Of a stretch of 64,000 bases of DNA, positions 9,957-19,691 are shown one piece after another. The notes under the pieces were generated by a model. The model had not been told where the DNA came from and ran no database searches. It saw only the letters and a list, made by a program, of their open reading frames with translations. The position numbers and the translations under genes are program-made. Each line of letters starts with the position of its first letter. The stretch's first letter is position 1. Origin of the DNA: a virus; the IMG/VR virus record IMGVR_UViG_3300018080_000148, positions 1 to 64,000 of that record. The stretch is one strand, 5' to 3'.

Positions 9957-10414
9957 TACATCCCCATTCCCATGCCGCCCATTGGGCCCCCACCGGGCAA
10001 TCCTCCCGCCCCGCCTGCGGCACCAGCAGAATCCATACCCTGAGTCAGCATTTGGCTCAACTTATCAACGGAAACCGTAAAGGTTTCTCCCTCATCGTCG
10101 GTTTCTGGAACTCTGGCCCACTTCTTCGTGGTCTTACTCTTAGCAAACAACTTCTTCGTCGCTTGGGCTGGGTCTACAATGAGCTTGATTTTGGCGGCTG
10201 TTACATTGCCCTGGTCATCCTTGATTAGGTCCACTACTTGGTAGCCGCTCATGCTGTGTGCCTTGCCACCCACTTTAAAATTGGCCAAAACCTGGGGAAT
10301 CTTCTCCAGATCGTCCACGTTAATACCTAATTCATCACTCAAGGCGTCGAGATGGTTCATGGCCTTGGGTTTCTGATCTTCTAGGAATTGGCGGAACGAC
10401 AATTGCATGTTCAT
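9956..10414 (-). CDS. Hypothetical protein (putative virion internal protein)
   Basis: Starts MNMQLSFRQFLED; ATATATA 4 nt upstream; Gly/Met-rich tail. Confidence 0.7.
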   Translation of the reverse strand: MNMQLSFRQFLEDQKPKAMNHLDALSDELGINVDDLEKIPQVLANFKVGGKAHSMSGYQVVDLIKDDQGNVTAAKIKLIVDPAQATKKLFAKSKTTKKWARVPETDDEGETFTVSVDKLSQMLTQGMDSAGAAGGAGGLPGGGPMGGMGMGM

Positions 10415-10452
10415 ACCTTATATATCAGTATCAAGCGGATTTAGGAGAAAGT

Positions 10453-10911
10453 ATGCGATCCCCAGGATTTTCAGATTTCAGAGAACTAATGGACAAATGG
10501 GACGAGGCCGTAGACCGCAAACAGATCCAAGACATGATAGAAGGTAACCACTTTGTCTTCTTTTTCAAGCGAAAAGACGAGGTATTCGGAGCCCCCGAGG
10601 AAAGCCGACTCACGTTCGCTAAGATGAAAAACCCCGACGAAGATGCTTCTGAAGAATGGATTAAGGACGCCTCGTTTGCCGCCGTTAACTTCAATCGAGC
10701 GCTCAAGGGCGAAAGTGTGAAAAGTGTTTTCAACGCCGAAGACCTCAAGCAGATCAAAGTCATCGAAAGAGACGAAGCCGTAGACGTATTGGTTAAAAAA
10801 GCCAGTGGTATGCCCGATAAGAACATCAAACAAGATCTGAGCGACAGCGAGGAAGACGTGCCAGAAGATCCAGCCGCATCCCCTACTATCAACAAGGTGA
10901 AGGAGCGGTAG
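10453..10911 (+). CDS. Hypothetical protein
   Basis: AGGAGA RBS, 152 aa. Confidence 0.7.
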   Translation: MRSPGFSDFRELMDKWDEAVDRKQIQDMIEGNHFVFFFKRKDEVFGAPEESRLTFAKMKNPDEDASEEWIKDASFAAVNFNRALKGESVKSVFNAEDLKQIKVIERDEAVDVLVKKASGMPDKNIKQDLSDSEEDVPEDPAASPTINKVKER

Positions 10912-11759
10912 TGGATTTCAGCTTTGCCCAGTGGTTAGAAGCAAACAACAAGTGGGGAATCCTCTCTTGGGATGGCAAGAGATGGTACGAAAGCTCCCAC
11001 ATGATGGGCGACCGAGCGGAAATCAAAGTCACTTGGCGTAGCAATGGGAAAGTGGATGTGGAAGTTGGCCCCAGACATCCCATGCTCAAAAGAGCGCTAA
11101 AAGTGCTCCTGAGACAACGGCCCGAATTCCGTGATGCGGAAATTGAGTTTGATGGATACTCTCCAGGAACCGTAGGCGAATTTATCAAGGGGCCCACACG
11201 CCCGCCGTGGGAAATGCCCCGCTACTTCTATCAGGGCACTTCTATGGATCGCTGGGATCGCATCCAGGATGAAGGTCTGGTGCCTCGATCTGAAACAGGC
11301 GTTAATCCCGCCTATGGGGCCCACATCAGTTCCGCCAAACCCTCTAACCCAGATTACGTCTACCTCGGAGGGTCACCAGGATCGGCCTGTAGCTTGGCAG
11401 CACATGACGCCGCAAGATTAGACAAAAGCCAACCAGTGATGCTACGAATTGATTCCCGAGGGATGAGGAAGAGCAAACTTCGGCCAGATGAAGATGCTAT
11501 TCCGAGGGGCGACCTCTACGGAAACCACGACTGGCAATATAGCATGAAAAGATTGGACTCTGTTGGATACGAAGGAAGCATAGATCCGAAGTTCATCGAA
11601 CTCTACAAGGTGTGGGACAAGAAATGGGTTGATCCACCGCCTCCACCCGAACCCGACTGGCTGGCCAAACAAGTAATGGGCATGGGCGGATCGGATTATC
11701 AGACCGTTCCAGGCACCACATCCGCTAAATACAAATGGGCCAACCCGAGAGAGGATTAG
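10911..11759 (+). CDS. ADP-ribosyltransferase-fold protein (Tpt1/KptA-like NAD-binding domain) with capsid-targeting-like N-terminus
   Basis: YFYQGTS...RIQDEGLVP...YVYLG...PVMLRID...GSIDPKFI pattern; starts MDFSFAQWLEAN. Confidence 0.6.
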   Translation: MDFSFAQWLEANNKWGILSWDGKRWYESSHMMGDRAEIKVTWRSNGKVDVEVGPRHPMLKRALKVLLRQRPEFRDAEIEFDGYSPGTVGEFIKGPTRPPWEMPRYFYQGTSMDRWDRIQDEGLVPRSETGVNPAYGAHISSAKPSNPDYVYLGGSPGSACSLAAHDAARLDKSQPVMLRIDSRGMRKSKLRPDEDAIPRGDLYGNHDWQYSMKRLDSVGYEGSIDPKFIELYKVWDKKWVDPPPPPEPDWLAKQVMGMGGSDYQTVPGTTSAKYKWANPRED

Positions 11760-11760
11760 T

Positions 11761-12462
11761 ATGGGCATGCAATTTGACATCCCAGACAAACACAAGAGAA
11801 AATACCAGTGCTTTGTCTGCGGCGAACAATTTACTGATTTTGTAGAATACAAAGAACACATTGTCAAGAAACACGAAGAGGGTAAAGATTACGTGCTCTG
11901 CCCCCTAAAGAGATGCGGTGCCCCCGTGCGAGATATGCGTCTGCACTTCAAGGTGAAACATCCATCTGAGAAACTGCCCAAAAAAGCCCAAACACGAGCC
12001 ATGGTGTGGAAGGACATCTCGCCAAGGAGAGGCAAGAAAAAAGACGGCAAGCCCGTTATGGAAACACGTAAGCCCAAGTTCCGTAAAGGGATATATGAGT
12101 CAACCAAAATGAGCAGAAGCTTCAAGTACGACTCTGGATACGAAGAAAAGGTATTTGAGCTACTGGATAGCTGGGTCGAGGTAGAAGCTTTTGCTGTCGA
12201 ACCATTTAAGATACCCTACGTTTTTGAGGGCAAACCACGCACATACACACCTGACATTCTCGTAACTTTCCTCGATGGCCACACAGAACTGTGGGAAGTG
12301 AAACCAGAAAACCAAACCGCTCTGCCTATTAACAAGGCCAAGTGGAAAGCGGCAGAAGCCGCCTGTGATACCAGGGGGTGGTTGTTTAAGGTAATCACCG
12401 AACAAGTTATCAATCAGTTGAAAAAGAGGGTGCGAGATCAAGAGATCTTATTTGGTGATTAA
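11761..12462 (+). CDS. TnsA-like endonuclease (T4 gp4 head-completion-like) with N-terminal C2H2 zinc fingers
   Basis: YDSGYE, EPFKIPY, YTPDILV and EVKP motifs; CFVC...HIVKKH and CPLKRC...HFKVKH. Confidence 0.8.
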   Translation: MGMQFDIPDKHKRKYQCFVCGEQFTDFVEYKEHIVKKHEEGKDYVLCPLKRCGAPVRDMRLHFKVKHPSEKLPKKAQTRAMVWKDISPRRGKKKDGKPVMETRKPKFRKGIYESTKMSRSFKYDSGYEEKVFELLDSWVEVEAFAVEPFKIPYVFEGKPRTYTPDILVTFLDGHTELWEVKPENQTALPINKAKWKAAEAACDTRGWLFKVITEQVINQLKKRVRDQEILFGD

Positions 12463-12464
12463 AT

Positions 12465-12493
12465 GAAACGCCCGGCCATAGGCCGGGCGTTTC
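12465..12493. terminator. Hairpin terminator between convergent genes
   Basis: GAAACGCCCGGCC-ATA-GGCCGGGCGTTTC. Confidence 0.75.
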
Positions 12494-12495
12494 CT

Positions 12496-12795
12496 CTACT
12501 GGCGCTTCCACCAGTCCGCATCGTCATAATCTTCTTCTGGTTCTTCGTACATGTCCAATAAAGAATCCAGGTCGATACACTGATTGTAACCAACATACTG
12601 AACACTGTAAACAGTGCCTACCCAATACCATTTATCTTCATCGTTATTGTAAACAACAAAGACCATGGATTCCGGGCCGGGCGGCTCTTCCTCATCCATC
12701 GGATGAGCCCAAACCCCAATATCTAGTTTGACCGCCCTAAGTTCCAATGGATCTTTTTGGACAACTGTGTGTATTTGCGCTCCTGACAAGTCCAT
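12496..12795 (-). CDS. Hypothetical protein
   Basis: AAGGGA RBS; acidic 99 aa protein. Confidence 0.6.
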   Translation of the reverse strand: MDLSGAQIHTVVQKDPLELRAVKLDIGVWAHPMDEEEPPGPESMVFVVYNNDEDKWYWVGTVYSVQYVGYNQCIDLDSLLDMYEEPEEDYDDADWWKRQ

Positions 12796-12815
12796 TACAT
12801 TCCCTTTTTAAAATA

Positions 12816-13553
12816 TCAAACGCCACTAATGGGCACCTGATCTACTGTAAATTCGTTCCCATTGAGGATTTTCTGGACTTTCACCCACTCCTCTTTAGCA
12901 TCGGCCAAATTATCATGTTCACCACATCGCTCGACACCATCTTGGATACGAACATTAACGTGGTATCTGCCCGCTTTCAAATATACACCATCATCAATAT
13001 AGTTCCAAGATCTTTCACGACATTGGCATGGCGTATCCGTTATTCTTTTGGCAACATCCAATAAAGAGTCGGAAACAATCTCTGGTCGCATATCATCGAT
13101 GTCATTCCAATAACGACTTCGCAACAGCGCCACTTTGGCCCCTAGACGGATGCCCATCTGGGCATCCGTCAGTTTATCCCCTATCACCCATGATTTAGAA
13201 TAATCAAAGGGGCCGTGCTGTGCCTCGGCCTGTGTAATCATGCCCAACTCTGGCTTTCGGCACCCACATCGCACATCTGGATCATGTGGACAATAGAATA
13301 TGCCCTTAACATGCGCATCGTGTTTCCTCAACATGTCTAACATGTATTCATGGACCTTTTGCATGTCATCGAGCGTATAGTAGCCACGCCCAATCCCACT
13401 CTGATTGGTCACCACAAACACATCAAAAGATCGCCCAAGGAGCCGCATCGCCTCAATCGCCCCAGAAACGAATTCGAAATCTTCAACCTTGCACACGTAT
13501 CCGGAATCCACGTTAATGGTTCCATCACGATCAACGAATATGGCCCTACGCAT
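12816..13553 (-). CDS. gmhB: D,D-heptose 1,7-bisphosphate phosphatase-like (HAD IIIA)
   Basis: FVDRDGTIN, VVTNQSGIGRG, CPH..CGCRKP and IGDKLTD motifs. Confidence 0.88.
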   Translation of the reverse strand: MRRAIFVDRDGTINVDSGYVCKVEDFEFVSGAIEAMRLLGRSFDVFVVTNQSGIGRGYYTLDDMQKVHEYMLDMLRKHDAHVKGIFYCPHDPDVRCGCRKPELGMITQAEAQHGPFDYSKSWVIGDKLTDAQMGIRLGAKVALLRSRYWNDIDDMRPEIVSDSLLDVAKRITDTPCQCRERSWNYIDDGVYLKAGRYHVNVRIQDGVERCGEHDNLADAKEEWVKVQKILNGNEFTVDQVPISGV

Positions 13554-13866
13554 CCGATAGCTCCTTTAAGATCCTATTGACTTTCATTTTCTTGGCCAGT
13601 CCCCACATGCCTCCCTGAGATTCCGGCCTTTTATACTTCTCAAAGTCCTCGATCTCAACTTCCACCCAAACTCTTCCCTTGGTAGATAAGTGTGGGGCGT
13701 GCGGTTTGAAAGTAACGTGCCATCCTGGTCGGTAGGCGTAGCCTTTTCTTCGATGATGGGTCTCTGCTTCCAGCCATTCTCCAATCGGTATTCGCAGAGG
13801 GCAGTTTATGAACAGAGGCCCGAGAGTGCCATCTTTTCTCTGGCGGACCAACTTATACGCTATCAT
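13546..13866 (-). CDS. Hypothetical phage protein
   Basis: 106 aa ORF coupled to both neighbours. Confidence 0.65.
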   Translation of the reverse strand: MIAYKLVRQRKDGTLGPLFINCPLRIPIGEWLEAETHHRRKGYAYRPGWHVTFKPHAPHLSTKGRVWVEVEIEDFEKYKRPESQGGMWGLAKKMKVNRILKELSDA

Positions 13867-14961
13867 TCAATCGCCTTTTATCAACCTATATGAATCCTCC
13901 TCGAAGTGCTCAGTGGAGAACTCAAACATTTCTGTGTCCTCCAAAGCATACATTGCGTGACGGAGACCGGGATGGACATGAAAATCATCACCGGGCTCCA
14001 GAATGTTAAACGAAGCTATTTCATCGTGGCTAGTTACTTTGGGGTTCACCCAACGCCAATGAATTGTTGGAAACATAAGTCCCAACTCTTCGCCTGCCAC
14101 CTCCAATTTTCCATCAACAACGCAATCGTTATTGGAATAGATCACGAGAAGTTTACCGCTTTGTACGTAGAAGGTTTCATCCTTCTTAACGTGATAGTGC
14201 CAAGAACAGCCCCGATCTTTCTTAAAGAACAAAAGCTTGCCACAATATTGCGGCTTGTTGACAATCCAGTCCTCGTAACCCCAACCCTTGGGCACGAACG
14301 TGCGGCGAATATCTTCGGGCTCTAACCACTCGCTGGCTTCTAGGCTAAAGTGATCTGCCACAAAAGAGGCGAGAGGGCCACACACCTTCTTTTCAAGATC
14401 CTGAATCGTACCGTCATTGATTACAACGTAATCAATGTACTCGGCACCCGGAGGAATCCTATCACAACTGACGCTAATGATAGGGTTGCCATGGGTGTTC
14501 TTGAAAAAATCCACCAACGGACGAAGATGAGCTTCAGATGGGTGATCGTCATCATTTATCTTATCGGGACGGATAATGAGAACATTCATGCCACCTTCTT
14601 CTTTTATCCGCTTCAATTCGTTGATGTAGCGACAATCAGTGATGAATGTTTTGTCAGGACACTTTCGGAGTGTTGCCTCAATCCACACATCACTTTTGAT
14701 CTGACGAAACCCGTCACCAATCCATTGAAGAGCCTGACGCACGGGCATATCAAATCCTGGCGGGACATCAGGCTTTCGTTTCCACTCCTCTGAAAATTCC
14801 TTGGTAACGCCAAAGGCATCATAGTACACCTGCTTGAGCACCTCAGCCCAGGCGTGATGATGCCACTCATATCCAAACCGGCGTTCCAATTCCTTCTTTA
14901 AGAATGCGCCTAGTTCATCCTTGCCATTGGCCAATTGGCCAGCTATTCCAATTATCTCCAT
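13867..14961 (-). CDS. Deoxynucleoside monophosphate kinase (T4 gp1-like) fused to a cupin domain
   Basis: N-terminal IIGIAGQLANGKD, RQALQWIGD, ITDCRYINE, HPSE; C-terminal VPKGWGYE, CSWHYHVKKDETFYV, EFST...DSYR. Confidence 0.8.
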   Translation of the reverse strand: MEIIGIAGQLANGKDELGAFLKKELERRFGYEWHHHAWAEVLKQVYYDAFGVTKEFSEEWKRKPDVPPGFDMPVRQALQWIGDGFRQIKSDVWIEATLRKCPDKTFITDCRYINELKRIKEEGGMNVLIIRPDKINDDDHPSEAHLRPLVDFFKNTHGNPIISVSCDRIPPGAEYIDYVVINDGTIQDLEKKVCGPLASFVADHFSLEASEWLEPEDIRRTFVPKGWGYEDWIVNKPQYCGKLLFFKKDRGCSWHYHVKKDETFYVQSGKLLVIYSNNDCVVDGKLEVAGEELGLMFPTIHWRWVNPKVTSHDEIASFNILEPGDDFHVHPGLRHAMYALEDTEMFEFSTEHFEEDSYRLIKGD

Positions 14962-15033
14962 TGCATCGCTCCAAAACTATCATCAGATTGTTATTAACTT
15001 ACTATTTTAGCGAAGAAAGGTCAACGTGAATTT

Positions 15034-15345
15034 ATGGCAAAGAAAGAAATAAAACGCATTTGCAAAAACTGCAAGCTTTTCGACCCACCGAAAGGTCAAT
15101 GCAGCGTTGTCGTCCTACACGATGGAGAACGATACCATCTCCCAGTGGAACCAGAAGACAAATGCTTTTTTGAGAAAGAGTTTATGGCTATTAACGAGGA
15201 AGGGGATGTAGAATCCTTTAAGCCAGAAATCCAAGAGGTCCAATTTTGGACAGAAGATCCCAAAACCGGAGAAAAGACTGCTGATGATGGCGTCGTGAAA
15301 ATCAAATATCCAAAAGGGTTCTTCGGCGACGAAAAGCAAGAATGA
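15034..15345 (+). CDS. Hypothetical protein (Cys cluster)
   Basis: CKNC...C...C pattern, 103 aa. Confidence 0.6.
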   Translation: MAKKEIKRICKNCKLFDPPKGQCSVVVLHDGERYHLPVEPEDKCFFEKEFMAINEEGDVESFKPEIQEVQFWTEDPKTGEKTADDGVVKIKYPKGFFGDEKQE

Positions 15346-15355
15346 AAGCGTGTAA

Positions 15356-16180
15356 ATGGTCCAAACGGGAGCCGAAAAAGGCTGTTGTGGGAATTTTGCT
15401 AGAGCCGTCCCCGGCGTAACGGAAAACCCCGATCTGCAATGTTTCGCCGATTGTTGCAAAACATGCCCTCCCGATTGCTGTGACACATTGTATTTCTACT
15501 TTGAGTGCGGCGATCCACAGGAAGGTGAATGTTGTGAAGGAGCGGGATTCCTAGATCCGAATCTATTCCCTACAACAAGCGAAGAAACAGAATACTACTA
15601 TCCTGGTGAAGAACTGGACGAGCTTCCAGATTTTTATCACGAGGACGGGACCATTGTACGTGCGCTCGGATTCGGCCCCGGTTCATGTCCCTGTGAACAA
15701 ATCAAAGTCACCCTCACCACAACCTATTGCTGCTTGATACTCGAAGGGGCGAGTGCCGCACACGTGGGCGACGGCCAAGTAAGTGCCACCGTAGATCCAG
15801 AGTCAGCCAGCAATGGTTGCGGAACCTACCGTGCCGAAATCAGCGTGAATGGTGGTGCTTGGCAAAGCTCGCCCGTCAGTGTTCAAGATGACGATTCTAT
15901 CCAGGTGCGTGTGGTAGCCGAGGATGGGGACTGCGACTGCTATTGCTGCTACCTCAGTTCCGAAGACCCATGTAATTACGGAGCGGAAATGTTTGCGGCA
16001 CAATCAGTCAGTGGCGGACTCAAGTTGGTTGTGAATAGAGATGCAGTGCTGCGAAGATACCACAGCATACAACAAGCTCACGCCATTAACGCTTTCCGCA
16101 ATTGGAAGAAGGACAAGAAGAACAAAAGCGTTAAACGAACCGCTCCAATCAAACAGAAGAAACCAAAGCGACTTTTCTAG
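15356..16180 (+). CDS. Cysteine-rich hypothetical protein
   Basis: 274 aa with 21 Cys including six CC doublets; basic C-terminus. Confidence 0.65.
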   Translation: MVQTGAEKGCCGNFARAVPGVTENPDLQCFADCCKTCPPDCCDTLYFYFECGDPQEGECCEGAGFLDPNLFPTTSEETEYYYPGEELDELPDFYHEDGTIVRALGFGPGSCPCEQIKVTLTTTYCCLILEGASAAHVGDGQVSATVDPESASNGCGTYRAEISVNGGAWQSSPVSVQDDDSIQVRVVAEDGDCDCYCCYLSSEDPCNYGAEMFAAQSVSGGLKLVVNRDAVLRRYHSIQQAHAINAFRNWKKDKKNKSVKRTAPIKQKKPKRLF

Positions 16181-18197
16181 CCTCGGCACACACCTCTTCA
16201 GCTTTTTCCTTCTTGTACCCCAGAGCCTTCTGAACCCCCGCAATGTTCTGCCCAATATCTTGCAGGTCTCGGAATCCGGCTTTCCAGAGTTTTTCTGCTC
16301 GCACTTTGCCAATGTTGGGAATCTGGCAGAAATGGACCAGTTCTTTGCGGACACCGTATGCCACCCGCAACTGTAGGGTGCGAAGCCAATCTTTACGTCC
16401 CCACTTGCCCGTCATGCTATCCAAAGCCGTCAACACCGCATTGGTGCGTGGGAAGTCAAACTGAATGTTCCTTGCAAGTCCCGCAAAAACACTAGGATTC
16501 ATCCCACGAAGCAATGTGAAGTAAGCATAGGCCGCTTTAATGACCGGCTCCTTGGGCGGGTTGCTCTTGGCATAACTCTGCACTTTGGCAGCAAAGGTCG
16601 CCATCTCCTCCCTTTCCAGGCGACTAACAATCCCACCCTTCCAAGTATCAACGTTGGCCAACGCCATTGAAGTGAAAATGTCGTTCTCATAAAGCCCGCT
16701 ATCAAAAAGGATTTTAAAATTACGTTTCAGGTCGGCGACATCAAACGGAGAGTAATAAAACATACTGGAAATGACGCCGACAGTAGAACACTTGTATTCA
16801 CCATCCTCTTCGTAGACTGCACCATACTTGAGAAGGAGATCCAGAGTGCTCTCCACAATCTCGTCTTCCAGATCATTCGCCTGCCAATGTGCCAAGCTCT
16901 TCTCATACCAATTGTGAATATCTTCTTTGGTCTTAACGCCACCATGGTGAATTTCGCTCACCAAATGAAAAGCCAAGGTTTTGTAATGAGGACGCTCCTC
17001 ATTGCCGGTGTATGCCAGAAGAGTAGATTCGATGTTCCTCTTCTTGCCAATGCGCTCGTAATGAAGCAACTCTTCCGATTGTGGAAGAAGAACGTACACA
17101 TCGCCACGAGGGTCCAATCCCACACGACCTGCACGGCCCGCCATCTGCCAAATGTCATAAGACTCAACAAGATCCAGACCACGGTGAACGCCCAAAATGA
17201 TTACTCTGCGGGCTGGCATATTCAAACCCCAAGCCAACGTACTCGTAGCCACAATCACCCTCATCTCCGGATCTTCCCTGAAAGCCTTCTCGACCTTATG
17301 TCGCTTAGTCTTTTCCAGGTCGGCATTGTGGTACTCGCATTTAATCCCGGCTTCTACCAACCATTTTTTCATCAACTGGCCGGTTCGCTTGGTATGAACG
17401 AAGATCAAGAACTTATCATCTGGATATTCATTTACAATCTGCAACGCCGCATTGACCTTCTCCATTTCCTTCTCGTCATAACTGCCCTTGTCGTAATAAA
17501 TCTCGTAGTGCATCCCCAGGGGACACGGGCGGAACTTGGAATTGATTAAGAAGGTGTCCTTTTGCGTCAGACTGTAAGATACCCACTCAGCCAATTCCCT
17601 GACGTTGGGCATGGTAGCCGACAAGAAAACAATGCGTGCATCTGGAGCGATCTGGCTAAACTTCATCAACCCTACTTCGAGATGATCGCCACGACCAGGA
17701 ACCGTAAGCAAGTGAGCTTCATCCACCACTAGAGTGCCCACATCCTTCAGCCACGTGTTGTTCTCCGACTTGTAGTTTCGACATCGGCTATTCAGCATTT
17801 CCGATGTCATGAGGATCTGATTGGCTGCCTCCAACTCTTTACGACGATTGGGCGTCAACCTGTAATCCCCCGTGCAAATCGACAAGCCCAAATCATGAAA
17901 ATGGTGGTTCTTATCCGTCCAATCGTCGATCTTTTCTTTTGCCAGCGCCCGCAAGGGTGCGAGATACATGGCCTTGCCGCCACGGACTCTACACTCATGA
18001 GACATCATCATCTCCGCACACACCGTCTTTCCGGCTGAAGTGGCGGCAGCAATAATGGCGTTGGCGTCTTTGTCGTGTATCTCAAGAACACGACTCTGGA
18101 CGGGGTTGAAAGTCTTGAAGGGGAATTTGGCATACTTCGGAAACTCAGAAGTGGGAACCAAGTTGGTTTGATCGGGCAGCAATTGTACTGGTGGCAT
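16149..18197 (-). CDS. Ski2/Hel308-like SF2 DExH helicase
   Basis: FNPVQ, AATSAGKT, VVDEAH, LSATMPN, ATSTLAWGLNMPA and QMAGRAGR motifs; C-terminal HhH IPNIGKVRA. Confidence 0.92.
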   Translation of the reverse strand: MPPVQLLPDQTNLVPTSEFPKYAKFPFKTFNPVQSRVLEIHDKDANAIIAAATSAGKTVCAEMMMSHECRVRGGKAMYLAPLRALAKEKIDDWTDKNHHFHDLGLSICTGDYRLTPNRRKELEAANQILMTSEMLNSRCRNYKSENNTWLKDVGTLVVDEAHLLTVPGRGDHLEVGLMKFSQIAPDARIVFLSATMPNVRELAEWVSYSLTQKDTFLINSKFRPCPLGMHYEIYYDKGSYDEKEMEKVNAALQIVNEYPDDKFLIFVHTKRTGQLMKKWLVEAGIKCEYHNADLEKTKRHKVEKAFREDPEMRVIVATSTLAWGLNMPARRVIILGVHRGLDLVESYDIWQMAGRAGRVGLDPRGDVYVLLPQSEELLHYERIGKKRNIESTLLAYTGNEERPHYKTLAFHLVSEIHHGGVKTKEDIHNWYEKSLAHWQANDLEDEIVESTLDLLLKYGAVYEEDGEYKCSTVGVISSMFYYSPFDVADLKRNFKILFDSGLYENDIFTSMALANVDTWKGGIVSRLEREEMATFAAKVQSYAKSNPPKEPVIKAAYAYFTLLRGMNPSVFAGLARNIQFDFPRTNAVLTALDSMTGKWGRKDWLRTLQLRVAYGVRKELVHFCQIPNIGKVRAEKLWKAGFRDLQDIGQNIAGVQKALGYKKEKAEEVCAEARKVALVSSV

Positions 18198-18297
18198 TGA
18201 TTTCTCCCTAAAGACAGATGGCGTGCGAGCCGAGGAATAAAATTCTTGGTGATGAAATATCGAGGCTCACACGCCACCCTATATATGCAAACAGGAA

Positions 18298-18555
18298 CTA
18301 TCCCCCCTTCTTTCCAAATCGAGCCTCTTGTTCGGTCTTCACAGCGGCGTCGATTTTCTCCACCATGTCAAACCATTCCGAGCCACTGTTGGCATTGGAA
18401 AGCCATTTATCGATGTCGTGATCTTTGGAGAGTATCCTGGCAACGTCGGCGATGTCTCCGCTAAGCCGTTGCTTGAATCGCCCGCCCAGGAATGAAAGAT
18501 CTTCGTCAGAAAGCTTTCTCACATACTCGGTTACAATAACATCATCCTTTTTCAT
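18298..18555 (-). CDS. Hypothetical protein
   Basis: 85 aa ORF with AGGA RBS. Confidence 0.6.
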   Translation of the reverse strand: MKKDDVIVTEYVRKLSDEDLSFLGGRFKQRLSGDIADVARILSKDHDIDKWLSNANSGSEWFDMVEKIDAAVKTEQEARFGKKGG

Positions 18556-18572
18556 CGTCCTATACCTCTATC

Positions 18573-18884
18573 ATGCGAGTAAAGGTTGATAACAGCAAAC
18601 TTGAAAAGCTACTTGCAACTCACTGGACTGAATTCTTGAGCGTCCGTGATGTACGCAACTTCTGCGCTGAAGTAGCCACCTTACATTTCGATTTGCATCC
18701 CCACTGTCAAATTCGGCAAATGTCCGTTTCGAGATTTGAGTTCCGCAAAAGTGCCGCAGATTTTATCTTATGGATAGACGTTACTATATCGCAACCCGAC
18801 AAACAAATCAAGGCGACTATTGAATGTTCATTCTCGTTGACAGGAGAATTGCTTTATGAAAACCATGCGCTAAATGATGTCTAG
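18573..18884 (+). CDS. Hypothetical protein
   Basis: 103 aa ORF filling the gap. Confidence 0.5.
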   Translation: MRVKVDNSKLEKLLATHWTEFLSVRDVRNFCAEVATLHFDLHPHCQIRQMSVSRFEFRKSAADFILWIDVTISQPDKQIKATIECSFSLTGELLYENHALNDV

Positions 18885-19148
18885 CGCTAATCCCTCCTCG
18901 TCTTCTCCCATGAAAACTAATTTGTCATCCGGGCAAGTGACGCCCACGTTGTATGTGTCAATGTACGTTGTTCGTTCATCCTGTGATGTCTGGACCCAAC
19001 AGTAATCGTCGCAGAGTTCCTTTCCACGCTTTCCTAGCTGTGTGATGCCTAGCGTAAGAACTGTTCCACCTGGAAGGGCCAATTGGATTTCTCCAAATTT
19101 TAGCAAGTGTGTGATGAGCAGATATTGGATTTTATCTTTCTTTGTCAT
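18870..19148 (-). CDS. Hypothetical protein
   Basis: GAGGA RBS, 92 aa. Confidence 0.6.
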   Translation of the reverse strand: MTKKDKIQYLLITHLLKFGEIQLALPGGTVLTLGITQLGKRGKELCDDYCWVQTSQDERTTYIDTYNVGVTCPDDKLVFMGEDEEGLALDII

Positions 19149-19205
19149 GGCATCGTCCTCCTATTAGGAATACAAAATATTTATCCTTAATAGGCGACAG
19201 GATGC

Positions 19206-19676
19206 TCAAATCAAATTTATTTGGTCTTGTTGCATGTAGGCGTACTCGAAACCCTCAAAACTACACATTTCAGTTTTTACCTCATAGGGTGATGGCATGG
19301 GCTTCCCCTCCTCGTCCACACACACCGTCCAACAATACACCTTTCGATTTGACTTGGGTATTTCCACTAGAGATAAATAACTACTGCCCAAGAATTTCTG
19401 GGCAATTTTCACAACGAGAGAAAACGGCAAGAAAGGCATGTCGTGGCCAAACACCTGTACCGTCTCTAGAAAGTGGCCATCATAGTCTGCTTTGCTGTAG
19501 TAAATTACAACATTGTAGCCATCCACCACCGTCTCAGCGACCTTCAATATGTGAATGTCGTCTTCAATGCGAGGATCATTCCTGGGGTAATTGTACGGCA
19601 CCAGCCTATCACCCAAGACTCTTTGCCTCTCAATTAAGTTGTCGAAATCTTCTACGTACATGTATGTTCGCCTCAC
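19206..19676 (-). CDS. Hypothetical protein
   Basis: 156 aa; GTATATA motif 5 nt upstream of the GTG start. Confidence 0.65.
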   Translation of the reverse strand: MRRTYMYVEDFDNLIERQRVLGDRLVPYNYPRNDPRIEDDIHILKVAETVVDGYNVVIYYSKADYDGHFLETVQVFGHDMPFLPFSLVVKIAQKFLGSSYLSLVEIPKSNRKVYCWTVCVDEEGKPMPSPYEVKTEMCSFEGFEYAYMQQDQINLI

Positions 19677-19691
19677 ACAGTTATATACTCA

